A DNA stretch of 64,000 nucleotides from an uncultured Alphaproteobacteria bacterium (GCA_963697885.1 OY969102.1:423006-487005), one strand, 5' to 3'. Positions 45,488 to 56,027 are shown, counted from the stretch's first letter. Notes: generated by a model from the letters alone, not told the origin. Numbers and translations: made by a program.

Positions 45488-46184
45488 GACGAATAAATCC
45501 CAGGCGGGGCCGGCCATTGCGCTTGCCGGTGTGAATCTCTCGCTCGGGCAGGGTGCGGCCCGTGTTCATATCCTCAAAGATATTGACCTGCATATAGGGA
45601 GCGGCGAGGCGATTGGCCTGGTCGGCCCCTCCGGGTCGGGAAAATCGACCCTTTTGATGGTGATGGCCGGCCTTGAGCGCGCCGATACCGGAACCGTCAC
45701 CGTGGCGGGCGAAAATCTCAGCGTCCTCGACGAGGACACGCTGGCTCGTTTTCGCGGGCGCCATGTGGGCATTGTCTTCCAATCGTTTCACCTGATTCCG
45801 ACAATGACCGCGCTGGAAAACGTGGCAGTGCCGCTCGAATTGGCCGACGTACATGATGCGCAGGCGCGCGCGCGCGACGAACTTGCCGCCGTCGGCTTGA
45901 GCGAGCGGCTTTATCACTACCCAGCCGAGCTTTCCGGCGGCGAGCAGCAACGTGTGGCGGTCGCGCGCGCGCTGGCTCCTAATCCGGCGATCCTGGTTGC
46001 CGACGAACCGACTGGAAATCTCGACGAGGACACCGGAAAGCAAATCATTGATTTGCTGTTTGCCGGCCACGCCCGGCGCGGCACGACGTTGGTGCTGGTG
46101 ACCCATGATTCCGCACTGGCGGCCCGCTGTGGCCGTGTCGTGCGGTTGCGCTCAGGGCGCATCGACGGCAAGGGCTCATCATGA
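45486..46184 (+). CDS. ABC transporter ATP-binding protein (YbbA/LolD-like)
   Basis: Walker A GPSGSGKST, signature LSGGEQQRVAVARAL and Walker B ILVADEPTGNLD. Confidence 0.92.
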   Translation: MTNKSQAGPAIALAGVNLSLGQGAARVHILKDIDLHIGSGEAIGLVGPSGSGKSTLLMVMAGLERADTGTVTVAGENLSVLDEDTLARFRGRHVGIVFQSFHLIPTMTALENVAVPLELADVHDAQARARDELAAVGLSERLYHYPAELSGGEQQRVAVARALAPNPAILVADEPTGNLDEDTGKQIIDLLFAGHARRGTTLVLVTHDSALAARCGRVVRLRSGRIDGKGSS

Positions 46185-48748
46185 GCAGTGCAACAAACAC
46201 GGCACCGGCCGGTCGCTGGCTGGCGCTGCGATTTGCCGTACGCGAACTTCGCGGCGGACTGCACGGTTTTTATGTGTTCATCGCCTGCATCGCGCTTGGC
46301 AGCATGGCCATTGCCAGCGTCGGTTCACTGGCGGCGAGCCTTGCGGAGGGACTGGCCCGCGAGGGCCGAGTTATCCTCGGCGGCGACCTCGCCTTCACGT
46401 TGATCCAGCGCGAAGCTGCATCAGCCGAACGTGAATTCTTGCAGACGCGCGGACAGGTATCGAGCGTCGCGACCATGCGCGCAATGGCTCGTACGTCCGC
46501 CGGTCAGGCGACTTTGGTCGAGATGAAGGCTGTCGATGGCGCCTATCCACTGTTCGGCGAAGCCCTACTTGACCCACCCGGTCCGCTCGCCAACGCCCTG
46601 GCGCAACGTGACGGCGTTTTCGGCGCGGTCGCCGATCCGACGCTCATGGCCCGCCTCGAGCTCAAGCCGGGCGCACGAATTACGGTTGGAAACGCCAATA
46701 TCGAGATCCGCGCTGCACTGACGAGCGAACCGGATAAGTTGGCCGGCGGCATCGGCTTTGGACCGCGCCTGCTGGTGAGCGAGGAGGCTTTGCGTGCCAC
46801 CGGCTTGCTACAACCGGGCAGCCTGGTGCGCTGGCACTACCGGCTGCGCCTGCCGAAAAACGACGCATCCGATGCGGCGGCGAAAGCGGTCTCCACGCAG
46901 GCGCGTACGCAACTGCCGGAAGCCGGTTGGGAGATCCGCAGCCGCAGCAATGCCTCGCCGCAGCTTGAACGCAACGTCGAACGTTTTACCCAATTCCTCA
47001 CGATCGTCGGGCTGACCGCGCTTCTGGTCGGCGGTGTCGGCGTCGGCAACGGCGTGAAAAGTCACCTCGACCGGCGGCGCGAGACGATTGCCACAATGAA
47101 AGCGCTCGGCGCCAGCGGCCGCCGTGTCTTCACGATCTATCTCACTCAGGTTCTGTTACTGGCACTGCTTGGCGGCGCGATCGGTGTAACCATCGGCGCC
47201 GTTCTGCCATTCGTGATTTCGTGGACATTTGGCGCAATCATTCCGTTGCCGATCGTGCCCGCACTGCATCCTGCCGAACTGCTCCTGGCATTGATCTATG
47301 GAATGCTGACGGCGCTGGTCTTCGCGCTTTGGCCGCTTGGCCGCGCGCATGATGTACCCGTGGCTGAATTGTTCCGCGACATGGTGGCGCTCCAGCCACG
47401 ACGCCCGCGTAAGCGCTATGTTGCATTCACCGCAATCGCGGTCGGCATTTTGGCTACGCTCGCCGTAGTGCTTGCCTACGACCGTCGCGTCGCAATCATC
47501 TATGTCGCCACCGCCGCCGGCGTGTTTCTCCTGCTGCGCGTTGTCGCGTCATTGCTGATGTTCCTCGCGCGACGGGCGCCACGCACGGGCGCGACCGGCT
47601 TGCGCATGGCCATCGCAAATATTCACCGGCCGAGCGCGCTCACCCCGACCATCGTGCTTTCACTCGGCCTGGGCATCACGCTGCTGGTCACTGTGATCGA
47701 AATCGACGGAAATTTGAGCCGGCAATTTTCCAACGAACTTCCGGCAAAGGCGCCATCGTTTTATTTCCTCGATATCCCGGCCGATCAGGCCGAACGCTTC
47801 GGCACTTTCGTGCGCGCGCAGGCGCCTGCCGCAAAGCTGGAAGACGTGCCGATGCTGCGTGGCCGCATCATTTCCGCGGGCGGGACGCCGGCCGAGAACA
47901 TCAAACCAAAGGATGAGGCGGCCTGGGTATTGCAAAGCGATCGGGGCCTCACTTATTCAGATCAAATTCCCGCTGGCTCGCATCTGGTCGAAGGTCAATG
48001 GTGGGCGCCGGACTACGACGGACCGCCGCTGGTTTCGTTCGAGAAGCGCATCGCGGATGGACTTGGTCTCAAGCTCGGCGAGCCCATCACCGTGAATGTC
48101 CTTGGCCGCAATATTACGGCGACAATTGCGAACATGCGTGCGGTCGACTGGGAAACGCTCGGTATCAATTTCGTCATGGTATTTTCCCCGAATTCGTTTC
48201 GCGGGGCACCGCACACCCATCTTGCGACCCTCACTTATCCCGGCGGCGGCACAGTGATGCAGGAAGCCTCCGTGATCCGCGCCGTGGCTGAGAGCTTCCC
48301 GATGGTCACCGCCGTCCGTGTAAAAGACGCGCTCGAGGCGGTCGGCAGCATCATTGCCAATCTCCTGCTCGCAATCCGCGGCGCCAGCGCCATAACGTTG
48401 ATTGCCGCTGCGCTGGTGCTCGGCGGCGCATTGGCCGCCGGCCACCGCTACAGGGTCTACGATGCAGTGATCCTCAAGACGTTGGGCGCCACGCGTCTTC
48501 GCCTGCTGACAGCCTACTGCATTGAATATTTGATGATCGGCGGCGCCACGACCTTTTTCGGCGTGATCGCGGGCTCGCTCGCCAGCTGGTTAATTGTCGC
48601 CCAACTTATGCACCTGCCGTTTACCTGGCTGCCCTGGCCCGCGCTGGCGGCAGCACTGGCCGCAGTGGTGGTAACGGTTGCCCTCGGGCTCGCTGGGACC
48701 TACACCGCGCTCGGGCAAAAACCCGCTCCAGTGTTGAGAAACCTATAG
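46181..48748 (+). CDS. ABC transporter permease with two FtsX-type domains (YbbP-like)
   Basis: 855 aa with two blocks of 4 TM segments separated by large periplasmic loops. An ATGA overlap joins it to the ATPase gene. Confidence 0.88.
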   Translation: MSSATNTAPAGRWLALRFAVRELRGGLHGFYVFIACIALGSMAIASVGSLAASLAEGLAREGRVILGGDLAFTLIQREAASAEREFLQTRGQVSSVATMRAMARTSAGQATLVEMKAVDGAYPLFGEALLDPPGPLANALAQRDGVFGAVADPTLMARLELKPGARITVGNANIEIRAALTSEPDKLAGGIGFGPRLLVSEEALRATGLLQPGSLVRWHYRLRLPKNDASDAAAKAVSTQARTQLPEAGWEIRSRSNASPQLERNVERFTQFLTIVGLTALLVGGVGVGNGVKSHLDRRRETIATMKALGASGRRVFTIYLTQVLLLALLGGAIGVTIGAVLPFVISWTFGAIIPLPIVPALHPAELLLALIYGMLTALVFALWPLGRAHDVPVAELFRDMVALQPRRPRKRYVAFTAIAVGILATLAVVLAYDRRVAIIYVATAAGVFLLLRVVASLLMFLARRAPRTGATGLRMAIANIHRPSALTPTIVLSLGLGITLLVTVIEIDGNLSRQFSNELPAKAPSFYFLDIPADQAERFGTFVRAQAPAAKLEDVPMLRGRIISAGGTPAENIKPKDEAAWVLQSDRGLTYSDQIPAGSHLVEGQWWAPDYDGPPLVSFEKRIADGLGLKLGEPITVNVLGRNITATIANMRAVDWETLGINFVMVFSPNSFRGAPHTHLATLTYPGGGTVMQEASVIRAVAESFPMVTAVRVKDALEAVGSIIANLLLAIRGASAITLIAAALVLGGALAAGHRYRVYDAVILKTLGATRLRLLTAYCIEYLMIGGATTFFGVIAGSLASWLIVAQLMHLPFTWLPWPALAAALAAVVVTVALGLAGTYTALGQKPAPVLRNL

Positions 48749-48976
48749 TTTTTGCGACATTCCGCCGCGCAGGACACCCGGCCAGCCCTAACCGGCTTTT
48801 TAGTCTATAATCAGGGCACCGGAGATTAACGAACTGCAATAGTGGATTGTCATCATCGGGCCATATCTGGCGCCAAGGCTGGGCAACCACTAGATTCCCG
48901 TCACGAGCGCGACGGCACCATGCCGGCGCGCGTAACGTGGCCGGCGGAAAGCCGGGACATGAGAGAGGAAACTTCG

Positions 48977-49735
48977 ATGTCGGACTACGACCGTAACGTA
49001 GCTGCCCGCGGCTTCGGCGCCGCGCGTGCTACCGCGATCGATGTGGGCCTGCGCGCCTACATGCTTCGCGTCTACAACTATATGGCCGCCGGCGTCGCTC
49101 TGACCGGCGTCGTCGCCTGGCTTACTTACAATGCCGCCGTGGTCACCGACGCGGCGGGACGCGTGACCTCGTTGACCCCGTTCGGTCAGGCCATCTTCGG
49201 AGGCCCGCTTGCGATCGTGCTGTTCCTTGGCACGCTCGGACTTGTGTTCTTCATGAGCTTCCGGATCAACAGCCTGCAGCCCAGCACAGCACTGATGCTG
49301 TTCATGGTGTACGCCGGACTGCTCGGCCTGATGCTATCGTCGGTGTTTCTCGCCTATACCGGCGCGTCGATCACCCGCACGTTCTTCATTTCGGCGGCGT
49401 CGTTCGGTGCACTAAGCCTCTATGGCTACACCACGAAGCGCGATCTCTCGCCAATCGGATCGTTCCTGATCATGGGTCTGTTCGGCCTGATCCTGGCGAT
49501 GATCGTGAACATCTTCCTTAAGAGCACCGGTCTCGAATTTGCGATTTCGGCAATCGGCGTTCTGATCTTTGCCGGATTGACCGCATGGGATACCCAGCGG
49601 ATCAAGGAGATGTACAGCGTCAATGATGACGGCACCATTGCCGGCCGCAAAGCGGTGATGGGCGCGCTGACGCTCTATCTCGACTTCATCAACTTGTTCC
49701 TGTTCCTGCTGCGCTTTATGGGCGATCGCCGCTAA
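48977..49735 (+). CDS. Bax inhibitor-1 / YccA family membrane protein
   Basis: RAYMLRVYNYMAAGVALTGVVAW...FAGLTAWDTQRIKEMY...ALTLYLDFINLFLFLLRFMG. A GAGAGAGGAA RBS is present. Confidence 0.9.
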   Translation: MSDYDRNVAARGFGAARATAIDVGLRAYMLRVYNYMAAGVALTGVVAWLTYNAAVVTDAAGRVTSLTPFGQAIFGGPLAIVLFLGTLGLVFFMSFRINSLQPSTALMLFMVYAGLLGLMLSSVFLAYTGASITRTFFISAASFGALSLYGYTTKRDLSPIGSFLIMGLFGLILAMIVNIFLKSTGLEFAISAIGVLIFAGLTAWDTQRIKEMYSVNDDGTIAGRKAVMGALTLYLDFINLFLFLLRFMGDRR

Positions 49736-49759
49736 ACGCAGCTAACAGGACTGCAATGC

Positions 49760-49791
49760 GCGCCCCGGCCATACGCCGGGGCGCTTTTTTT
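49760..49791 (+). terminator. intrinsic terminator after the YccA-like gene
   Basis: GCGCCCCGGC-CATAC-GCCGGGGCGC is followed by TTTTTTT. Confidence 0.85.
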
Positions 49792-49820
49792 GTCATGGCC
49801 GGGCTTGTCCCGGCAATCCA
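49792..49820. repeat. hairpin repeat family B
   Basis: GTCATGGCCGGGCTTGTCCCGGCAATCCA. Confidence 0.8.
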
Positions 49821-49947
49821 TGATGTCGATCCACGATTGAGGGCCAAGGCTCTGGCTGTAGCAACTCATCATGGATGCGCGGGTCATAGGCGTGCGAAAG
49901 TACGCCGTCCTTCGGACAGGCTATTTCGCGCATAACGAGCTCCGGAA

Positions 49948-50484
49948 ATGACCGCGCCGAAAATCCGCCCCGCATTGCAATCGGATATCCCGGCGATCAC
50001 CCGGATTTACGCCCATGCCGTTGAACACGGCACGGCGTCGTTTGAACTCTCGCCGCCTACTGAAGCCGAGATGGCGCACCGAATGGATGACCTTCTCGGC
50101 AGGGGCTATCCTTACCTGGTCGCCGACGGTGGCGGCACGCTCGCAGGCTATGCCTATGCGGGCCCGTATCGAACGCGGCCTGCGTACCACCCCACCGTCG
50201 AGAACTCCGTTTATGTCGCTCATGATCGACATCGACGCGGCGTCGGCCGCGCGTTGCTCGCGGCCCTGATCGAGGCTTGCGTCTCCAGCGGATTCCGCCA
50301 GATGATCGCTGTGATCGGAGACTCATCCAGGCAGGCGGCGTCAATCGGGCTGCATGAGGCGTTGGGGTTCCGCCACGTCGGTATTCTGGAGGATGTCGGC
50401 TTCAAACACAGCCGCTGGCTCGACAGCGTCCTGATGCAGCGGTCGCTCGGGCCAGGCAGCACGAAAGAACCCGGGCGAACTTGA
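49948..50484 (+). CDS. GNAT N-acetyltransferase, phosphinothricin-acetyltransferase-like
   Basis: IRPALQSDIPAITRIYAHAVEHGTASFELSPPTEAEM...HRRGVGRALLAALIE...GFRHVG. Confidence 0.85.
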   Translation: MTAPKIRPALQSDIPAITRIYAHAVEHGTASFELSPPTEAEMAHRMDDLLGRGYPYLVADGGGTLAGYAYAGPYRTRPAYHPTVENSVYVAHDRHRRGVGRALLAALIEACVSSGFRQMIAVIGDSSRQAASIGLHEALGFRHVGILEDVGFKHSRWLDSVLMQRSLGPGSTKEPGRT

Positions 50485-50561
50485 CCGCACGGAAATCGCT
50501 GCACCGCTATGACCGGGGCCGCATCCGCTTTATACTCTCACAAAAGTGAGGATCATCCGTC

Positions 50562-50786
50562 ATGCCGCGTTACTATTTCCATCTGACCGACGGCAACCAA
50601 GTTCTGAACAATCACAAAGGCATTGATTTGTCGGGCAACGCCGCGGCGCGCGACGATGCATTGGCGCTCGCGCGCGACCTCAAACATGGCGCGGTTATGC
50701 CAGGTTGGAATTGGAACGGCTGGTTCGTCACCATCGTGGATCAGCACGGCCACAAGGTCGACGAAGTGCCAATCGCGGACATTTGA
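50562..50786 (+). CDS. DUF6894-like small protein
   Basis: MPRYYFHLTDGNQVLNNHKGIDLSGNAAARDDALALARDL is the characteristic N-terminus. A GAGGA RBS is present. Confidence 0.7.
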   Translation: MPRYYFHLTDGNQVLNNHKGIDLSGNAAARDDALALARDLKHGAVMPGWNWNGWFVTIVDQHGHKVDEVPIADI

Positions 50787-50833
50787 GGCGGCGAACGCGC
50801 GCTCGCAAGTGGGAGCAGTTTGAAGAACCGGTT

Positions 50834-51214
50834 CTAGTTCGCCACCAGCGCCAGCGACACGTCGATCGAGCGAAGTACGCGATCGAGTTCATGGCCGCGA
50901 CGCACGATCAATCCCGTTGCCGAAATCACGCTGTACGCTCCCTGACGGCGCGCCAGTTTCGGGTTCTTCTCGATACGGTAGAGCGGCACTTCGGAGGTCC
51001 TGCGGAAGACCGAGAAAACCGCCCGGTCTTTCAGAAAGTCGATCGCATAATCGCGCCATTCGCCGGCTGCGACCTTGCGGCCATAAAGATCAAGAATGCG
51101 ATTGAGCTCGCGGCGGCTGAAGGTCACTTGATTTGCGGGGGCGGATGAACTGCGCACCGGGGTACCGCCCCCGTGGGACTGGCTGGGATCGATTTCGCCG
51201 GAACCGAACGTCAT
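50834..51214 (-). CDS. DUF2794-like protein
   Basis: Start at ATG 51214 with an AAAGGAGG RBS. FSRRELNRILDLYGRKVAAGEWRDYAIDFLKDRAVFSVFRRTSEVPLYRIEK. Confidence 0.7.
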   Translation of the reverse strand: MTFGSGEIDPSQSHGGGTPVRSSSAPANQVTFSRRELNRILDLYGRKVAAGEWRDYAIDFLKDRAVFSVFRRTSEVPLYRIEKNPKLARRQGAYSVISATGLIVRRGHELDRVLRSIDVSLALVAN

Positions 51215-51523
51215 GCGGCGCCTCCTTTGTGCTTGGCTGGAATGATCGCGCCGGGCGCGCCGAACGGCAAGAACTTCCTTCGGGCACCCGGTGGCTTGAA
51301 AATGTGCAAAAAGGCGTATTTGGACGATCACGAACTCGTTAAAAGCTCCCACAATAACGCCCAATTTCGGTCAATCGCCCGTCACGCTGCGTTGGGATAA
51401 CGGCATCGTTGCCTCAAGGCCCGGTCCGGTACGAGCGCCGGATTCCTCAGCCCCCCAGCCCCCCGGGGCTCGATCGGCCGGGCCAGTTGAGTTCCGCGTA
51501 CGGTTCAATCCCCTAAATGCCTT

Positions 51524-51554
51524 CGGGCCGGCTTGTTGCCGGCCCGATTTTTTT
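51524..51554 (+). terminator. orphan plus-strand intrinsic terminator between two minus-strand genes
   Basis: CGGGCCGGC-TTGTT-GCCGGCCCG is followed by ATTTTTTT. The minus-strand reading has no T tract. Confidence 0.65.
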
Positions 51555-51576
51555 CGATTTTGAGCGAAGGGGAAAT

Positions 51577-52341
51577 TCAGTCCGTCGCGGCGCCGCAGCA
51601 GGCAGCAGTTGCGGTGCCCAGCATCAGGCCGGGCTTGGTAGCCACGCCGCTTTGCACGACGACATCAAGCCGGTCGATATCTTTAAGAGCGTAAGCGCCT
51701 TTTGGAATCTCGCTGAGCGGCAGACTGAAACTTTCTTCCTTTCCGCTCCAGTCACCGAGTTTCACCCAGCGGCGCACAACATTGTGGTAGGTCAGCGTCT
51801 GGCCGTGGTTCTCGCCACGTCCAACGTCGACAGAAACCTTGCCTGTAACCGGGCACAGCCAGATCTCGCCGCTGCGGGGCCCATTGCTCGCAGCTGGCAC
51901 ATGCACCGTCACTTTTCCATCGGCAACGCTCATGCTCACCGGCAAGGCGAGCGCGCCGGCGTTACGCCGGGTCTGCGCAATGGCTTTTTCTATCGCCGCC
52001 TTGTCACTTCCAAGCACATGCACGACGCCGTTGACGACAACCTGGGGCGTGTAGACCTCGCGATCGCCCCGGGTTTCAGCGTAGGCGCGCTGGCGGTCGC
52101 TATGACCATGCAGCGCCAACGTGTCTTTCCAACCGAGGTAATCCCAGTAATCGACCGGCAAACTCATGGTGACCAGCGAAGGGTCACGCGACAGCTCGCC
52201 GAGAAGCTTGTCGGCGGCCGGGCACGATGAGCAGCCCTGACTCGTGAACAGTTCGATAACGGCGCGCGGCTCGGCAAAAGCCGGCACGGCCACGGAAGTG
52301 GAAACGATGGCAGCTGCAAAGGCGATGTGGCGATAGTTCAT
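51577..52341 (-). CDS. DUF1223 thioredoxin-fold secreted protein
   Basis: Signal peptide, then VIELFTSQGCSSCPAADKLL (CxxC) and PVDYWDYLGWKDT. Confidence 0.8.
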   Translation of the reverse strand: MNYRHIAFAAAIVSTSVAVPAFAEPRAVIELFTSQGCSSCPAADKLLGELSRDPSLVTMSLPVDYWDYLGWKDTLALHGHSDRQRAYAETRGDREVYTPQVVVNGVVHVLGSDKAAIEKAIAQTRRNAGALALPVSMSVADGKVTVHVPAASNGPRSGEIWLCPVTGKVSVDVGRGENHGQTLTYHNVVRRWVKLGDWSGKEESFSLPLSEIPKGAYALKDIDRLDVVVQSGVATKPGLMLGTATAACCGAATD

Positions 52342-52463
52342 ATCGTTACCGCAATCCCCTGCCTCGCACTCACTCTATTAGGCGCTCCGTCGATCACCCG
52401 CCACTCACTTCGCAGTGAGCGGCCCACTGCTAGCCCACTGCTAGCCAATAACAAAATTACCGG

Positions 52464-55184
52464 TCAACCTGCCAATTGACGCAGGACGTATTGCAGAATG
52501 CCGCCGTTTTTGAAGTAGTCGAGTTCGTCGAGCGTATCGATGCGGCAGATCAGCGGTACCCGCTTCAGTGTACCGTTACCTGACACGATTTCGGCGATCA
52601 GGCGCTGACCGGGCTTGAGCTCGCCATGCAGCCCGCGAATTGTGACCTGTTCATCGCCCTTCAGCCCCAGCGACTGCCAGGATGTACCTTCCTCGAACAC
52701 CAGAGGCATCACGCCCATACCGACCAGGTTCGATCGGTGGATGCGCTCGAATGATTGACAGATCACGGCTCGTACGCCGAGCAGCACCGAACCTTTGGCC
52801 GCCCAATCCCGCGACGAACCGCTGCCGTATTCCTTGCCGGCGAACACAACCAGCGGCACATGGTCGGCCTTGTACTTCATGGCCGCATCGTAGATCGGCA
52901 TGCGCTGCTTCGAAGGATAATGCACGGTGACGCCGCCTTCGACGCCTGGCACCATCTGGTTCTTGATACGGATATTGGCGAACGTCCCGCGCATCATCAC
53001 TTCATGATTGCCGCGGCGCGTGCCGTATTGGTTGAAGTCGGCAGGTTTCACTTTGTGCCCGACGAGATATTTGCCGGCCGGCGAATCGATCTTGATCGAT
53101 CCGGCCGGAGAAATGTGGTCGGTCGTGATCGAATCGAGCAGCAAGGCCAGCACGCGCGCGTCGACGATATCCTCAAGCGGTTTTGGATGACGCCCCATGC
53201 TGACGAAATACGGCGGGTTCTGCACGTAAGTTGATTTCTTGTCCCAGTCGTAGGTCATGCCACCTTTGACGCTGATCTTGCGCCAGTTGGCGTCGCCCTT
53301 GAACACATCGGCATATTTCTTGGTGAAGATCTGCTTCGTGATGTTCTTGGCGACGAATTCGCCGATTTCCTTGTTCGACGGCCAGATGTCTTTCAGAAAG
53401 ACTTTCTTGCCTTTCTGATCGACGCCGAGCGGCTCCTTCGCGATGTCAACGTTCATCGAACCTGCAAGGGCATAGGAGACAACGAGCGGCGGCGAAGCAA
53501 GGTAGTTGGCGCGCACGTCGGCGTTGACGCGGCCTTCGAAATTGCGATTGCCGGACAGCACGGCGGCGGCGACCAGATCATTGTCATTGATTGCCTTGGA
53601 ATTCTCCGGAGGCAGCGGGCCGGAGTTGCCGATGCAGGTCGTACAACCGAACCCGATCAGATTAAAGCCAAGCTTGTCGAGATCCTTTTGCAGACCGGAC
53701 TTGTCGAGATACTCGCCGACGACTTGCGAGCCAGGCGCAAGCGAAGTCTTTACCCATGGCTTCACCGTCAGGCCTTTTGCCGCGGCTTTGCGTGCAAGCA
53801 GGCCAGCGCCGATCATCACATTGGGATTGGATGTGTTGGTACAGGACGTGATCGCCGCGATCACGACGTCACCATGCCCGAGATCGTAGTTCTTGCCGGA
53901 TACTTTCACGCGCTTCTTTGCCTCGGAACTCTTGCCGAATTCCTTATCCATCGAAATCGCAAACCCGGATTTTACTTCTTTCAGCGCGATACGATCCTGC
54001 GGGCGCTTTGGTCCCGCCAGCGAGGGCTCGACCGAGCCTAATTCCAGCTTGAGGATGTCCGTGAACATAGGGTCCGGCGTGGTTTTTACGCGGTACATGC
54101 CTTGCGCCTTGGCATAGGCGGCAACCAGTGCCACCAACTCGACTGGCCGGCCGGTATCCTTCATGTAGCGAATTGTGTCGTCGTCGATCGGCGAGAAGCC
54201 GCAGGTCGCGCCATATTCCGGCGACATGTTGCCGAGCGTGGCGCGATCCGCGATCGTGAGGTGTGTGAGACCGGGACCAAAGAACTCGACGAATTTTCCG
54301 ACCACGCCGCGCTTGCGGAGCATCTCGGTGACGGTGAGCACGAGGTCCGTGGCGGTAACGCCTTCTTTCAGTTTGCCGGAAAACTTGAAGCCGATCACCT
54401 CGGGTAGCACCATCGACAGCGGCTGACCGAGCATGGCGGCTTCCGCCTCGATGCCACCGACGCCCCAGCCGAGCACCGAAAGTCCGTTCACCATCGTCGT
54501 GTGCGAGTCGGTGCCAACAACTGTGTCCGGATATGCGACTTCCATGGTGGCGGCCTTGCCGTCCACCTTCACCTTGTCCTTGCGGCTCCAGATCACACGC
54601 GACAAATATTCAAGATTTACCTGGTGGCAGATGCCGGTGCCGGGTGGCACGACGCTGAAATTATCAAACGAGCGCTGCGCCCATTTCAAAAACTTGTAGC
54701 GTTCCTGATTTTGACGGTACTCTTCGTCGACGTTCTTCTTGAAGGCCTGGTTGTTGCCGAAGAACGTCACCGCCACCGAATGATCGATGACCAGATCGAC
54801 CGGCACCTGCGGATTGATTTTCTTTGGATCGCCGCCGAGTTGCTTCATGGCATCGCGCATCGCGGCGAGATCGACGACCGCTGGCACGCCGGTGAAGTCC
54901 TGCATCAGCACGCGCGCCGGGCGAAACGCGAATTCATGCTCCGAGGTTTTGGTCTTGAGCCACTCCGCGACGGCCTTGATATCGTCCTTGGTCACCGTGC
55001 GCCCGTCTTCATTGCGGAGCAGGTTCTCCAGCAACACCTTCATCGAAAAGGGCAGCCGCGAAATGCCTTTGAGGCCGTTTCGCTCGGCGGTCGGCAGGCT
55101 GAAATAGGCGTAGGTCTTGCTGCCAACCTGCAGGGTCTTGCAGCATCTGAAGCTGTCGAGCGAAGTCATGTCGGCTGTTTCCAT
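52464..55184 (-). CDS. acnA: aconitate hydratase AcnA
   Basis: 906 aa with the Fe-S ligand regions ITSCTNTSNP and GCTTCIGNSG. An alternative start is ATG 55169 (MTSLDSF). Confidence 0.96.
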   Translation of the reverse strand: METADMTSLDSFRCCKTLQVGSKTYAYFSLPTAERNGLKGISRLPFSMKVLLENLLRNEDGRTVTKDDIKAVAEWLKTKTSEHEFAFRPARVLMQDFTGVPAVVDLAAMRDAMKQLGGDPKKINPQVPVDLVIDHSVAVTFFGNNQAFKKNVDEEYRQNQERYKFLKWAQRSFDNFSVVPPGTGICHQVNLEYLSRVIWSRKDKVKVDGKAATMEVAYPDTVVGTDSHTTMVNGLSVLGWGVGGIEAEAAMLGQPLSMVLPEVIGFKFSGKLKEGVTATDLVLTVTEMLRKRGVVGKFVEFFGPGLTHLTIADRATLGNMSPEYGATCGFSPIDDDTIRYMKDTGRPVELVALVAAYAKAQGMYRVKTTPDPMFTDILKLELGSVEPSLAGPKRPQDRIALKEVKSGFAISMDKEFGKSSEAKKRVKVSGKNYDLGHGDVVIAAITSCTNTSNPNVMIGAGLLARKAAAKGLTVKPWVKTSLAPGSQVVGEYLDKSGLQKDLDKLGFNLIGFGCTTCIGNSGPLPPENSKAINDNDLVAAAVLSGNRNFEGRVNADVRANYLASPPLVVSYALAGSMNVDIAKEPLGVDQKGKKVFLKDIWPSNKEIGEFVAKNITKQIFTKKYADVFKGDANWRKISVKGGMTYDWDKKSTYVQNPPYFVSMGRHPKPLEDIVDARVLALLLDSITTDHISPAGSIKIDSPAGKYLVGHKVKPADFNQYGTRRGNHEVMMRGTFANIRIKNQMVPGVEGGVTVHYPSKQRMPIYDAAMKYKADHVPLVVFAGKEYGSGSSRDWAAKGSVLLGVRAVICQSFERIHRSNLVGMGVMPLVFEEGTSWQSLGLKGDEQVTIRGLHGELKPGQRLIAEIVSGNGTLKRVPLICRIDTLDELDYFKNGGILQYVLRQLAG

Positions 55185-55424
55185 TCCCGACCGGAGTACC
55201 GGCGCTAGTTCGGACTAACCTATTGGCAAGGCGATGCTTTTCTCGCTGAGCGAGACTTGCGTCCGAATTCGAATAACGTAACGTCGCAAGTCGGGGCTTA
55301 TAAGGTCTTTTCTCGCCCGACGCCATATTAACCCGGGAACCTTACCAACAATGCTCGGAATACCGCCGTTCTCCGGCCCCTGGTGCGCCGGCCTTTTGCC
55401 TCCCGACAGACCGCGGCGGCCGTG

Positions 55425-56027
55425 ATGCAACTCAGAGCCGATGAACTCGCCTGCAACCGCGGAGGGCGCAGCGTGTTCCAGGGCTTGAATTTCAGCCTGG
55501 GCGCCGGAGAAGCGATGGTCGTCACCGGCCGCAATGGGGCCGGCAAGTCCTCCCTGTTGCGCGTGATCGCCGGACTTATACGACTCGCGGCCGGACGTCT
55601 GACGCTCGAGGGCGGCGAGCCTGACGCACCCGTCGCCGAGCAGTCGCACTATCTCGGCCACCAGGACGCATTAAAGCCGTCACTCACGGTCGGCGAAAAC
55701 CTGCAATTCTGGACCGAGTTTTTCGGCGTCGGACGCGACGCCGTCGGACCGGCGCTGGAGACGGTCGGCCTTTCACCCCTCGCCGCCTTGCCGGCTGCCT
55801 ATCTGTCGGCCGGACAACGGCGGCGGTTATCGATCGCCCGGCTTGCTGCCGTGCTGCGGCCAATCTGGCTGCTGGATGAGCCGACCTCAGCGCTCGATGC
55901 GCCATCGCAGAAGCGTCTAGCCGAACTCATGCGCGATCATCTTGCCGGCGGCGGCATGATCGTCGCGGCGGCGCACGGGCCGATCGGCCTCGAACGTGCA
56001 CGCGAACTTAAATTGGACGGCGCATGA
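55425..56027 (+). CDS. ccmA: heme ABC exporter ATP-binding protein CcmA
   Basis: Walker [13 protein letters not shown], then [14 protein letters not shown] and [11 protein letters not shown]. It is divergent from acnA. Confidence 0.92.
   Translation: MQLRADELACNRGGRSVFQGLNFSLGAGEAMVVTGRNGAGKSSLLRVIAGLIRLAAGRLTLEGGEPDAPVAEQSHYLGHQDALKPSLTVGENLQFWTEFFGVGRDAVGPALETVGLSPLAALPAAYLSAGQRRRLSIARLAAVLRPIWLLDEPTSALDAPSQKRLAELMRDHLAGGGMIVAAAHGPIGLERARELKLDGA

Noticed and set aside
51495-51515. A T-loop-like GGTTCAATCCC string as a possible tRNA or tmRNA 3' domain.
   Set aside because: I could not build a T-stem, acceptor stem or anticodon arm around it, and there is no CCA-proximal pairing. It is retained only as part of the sRNA candidate region.
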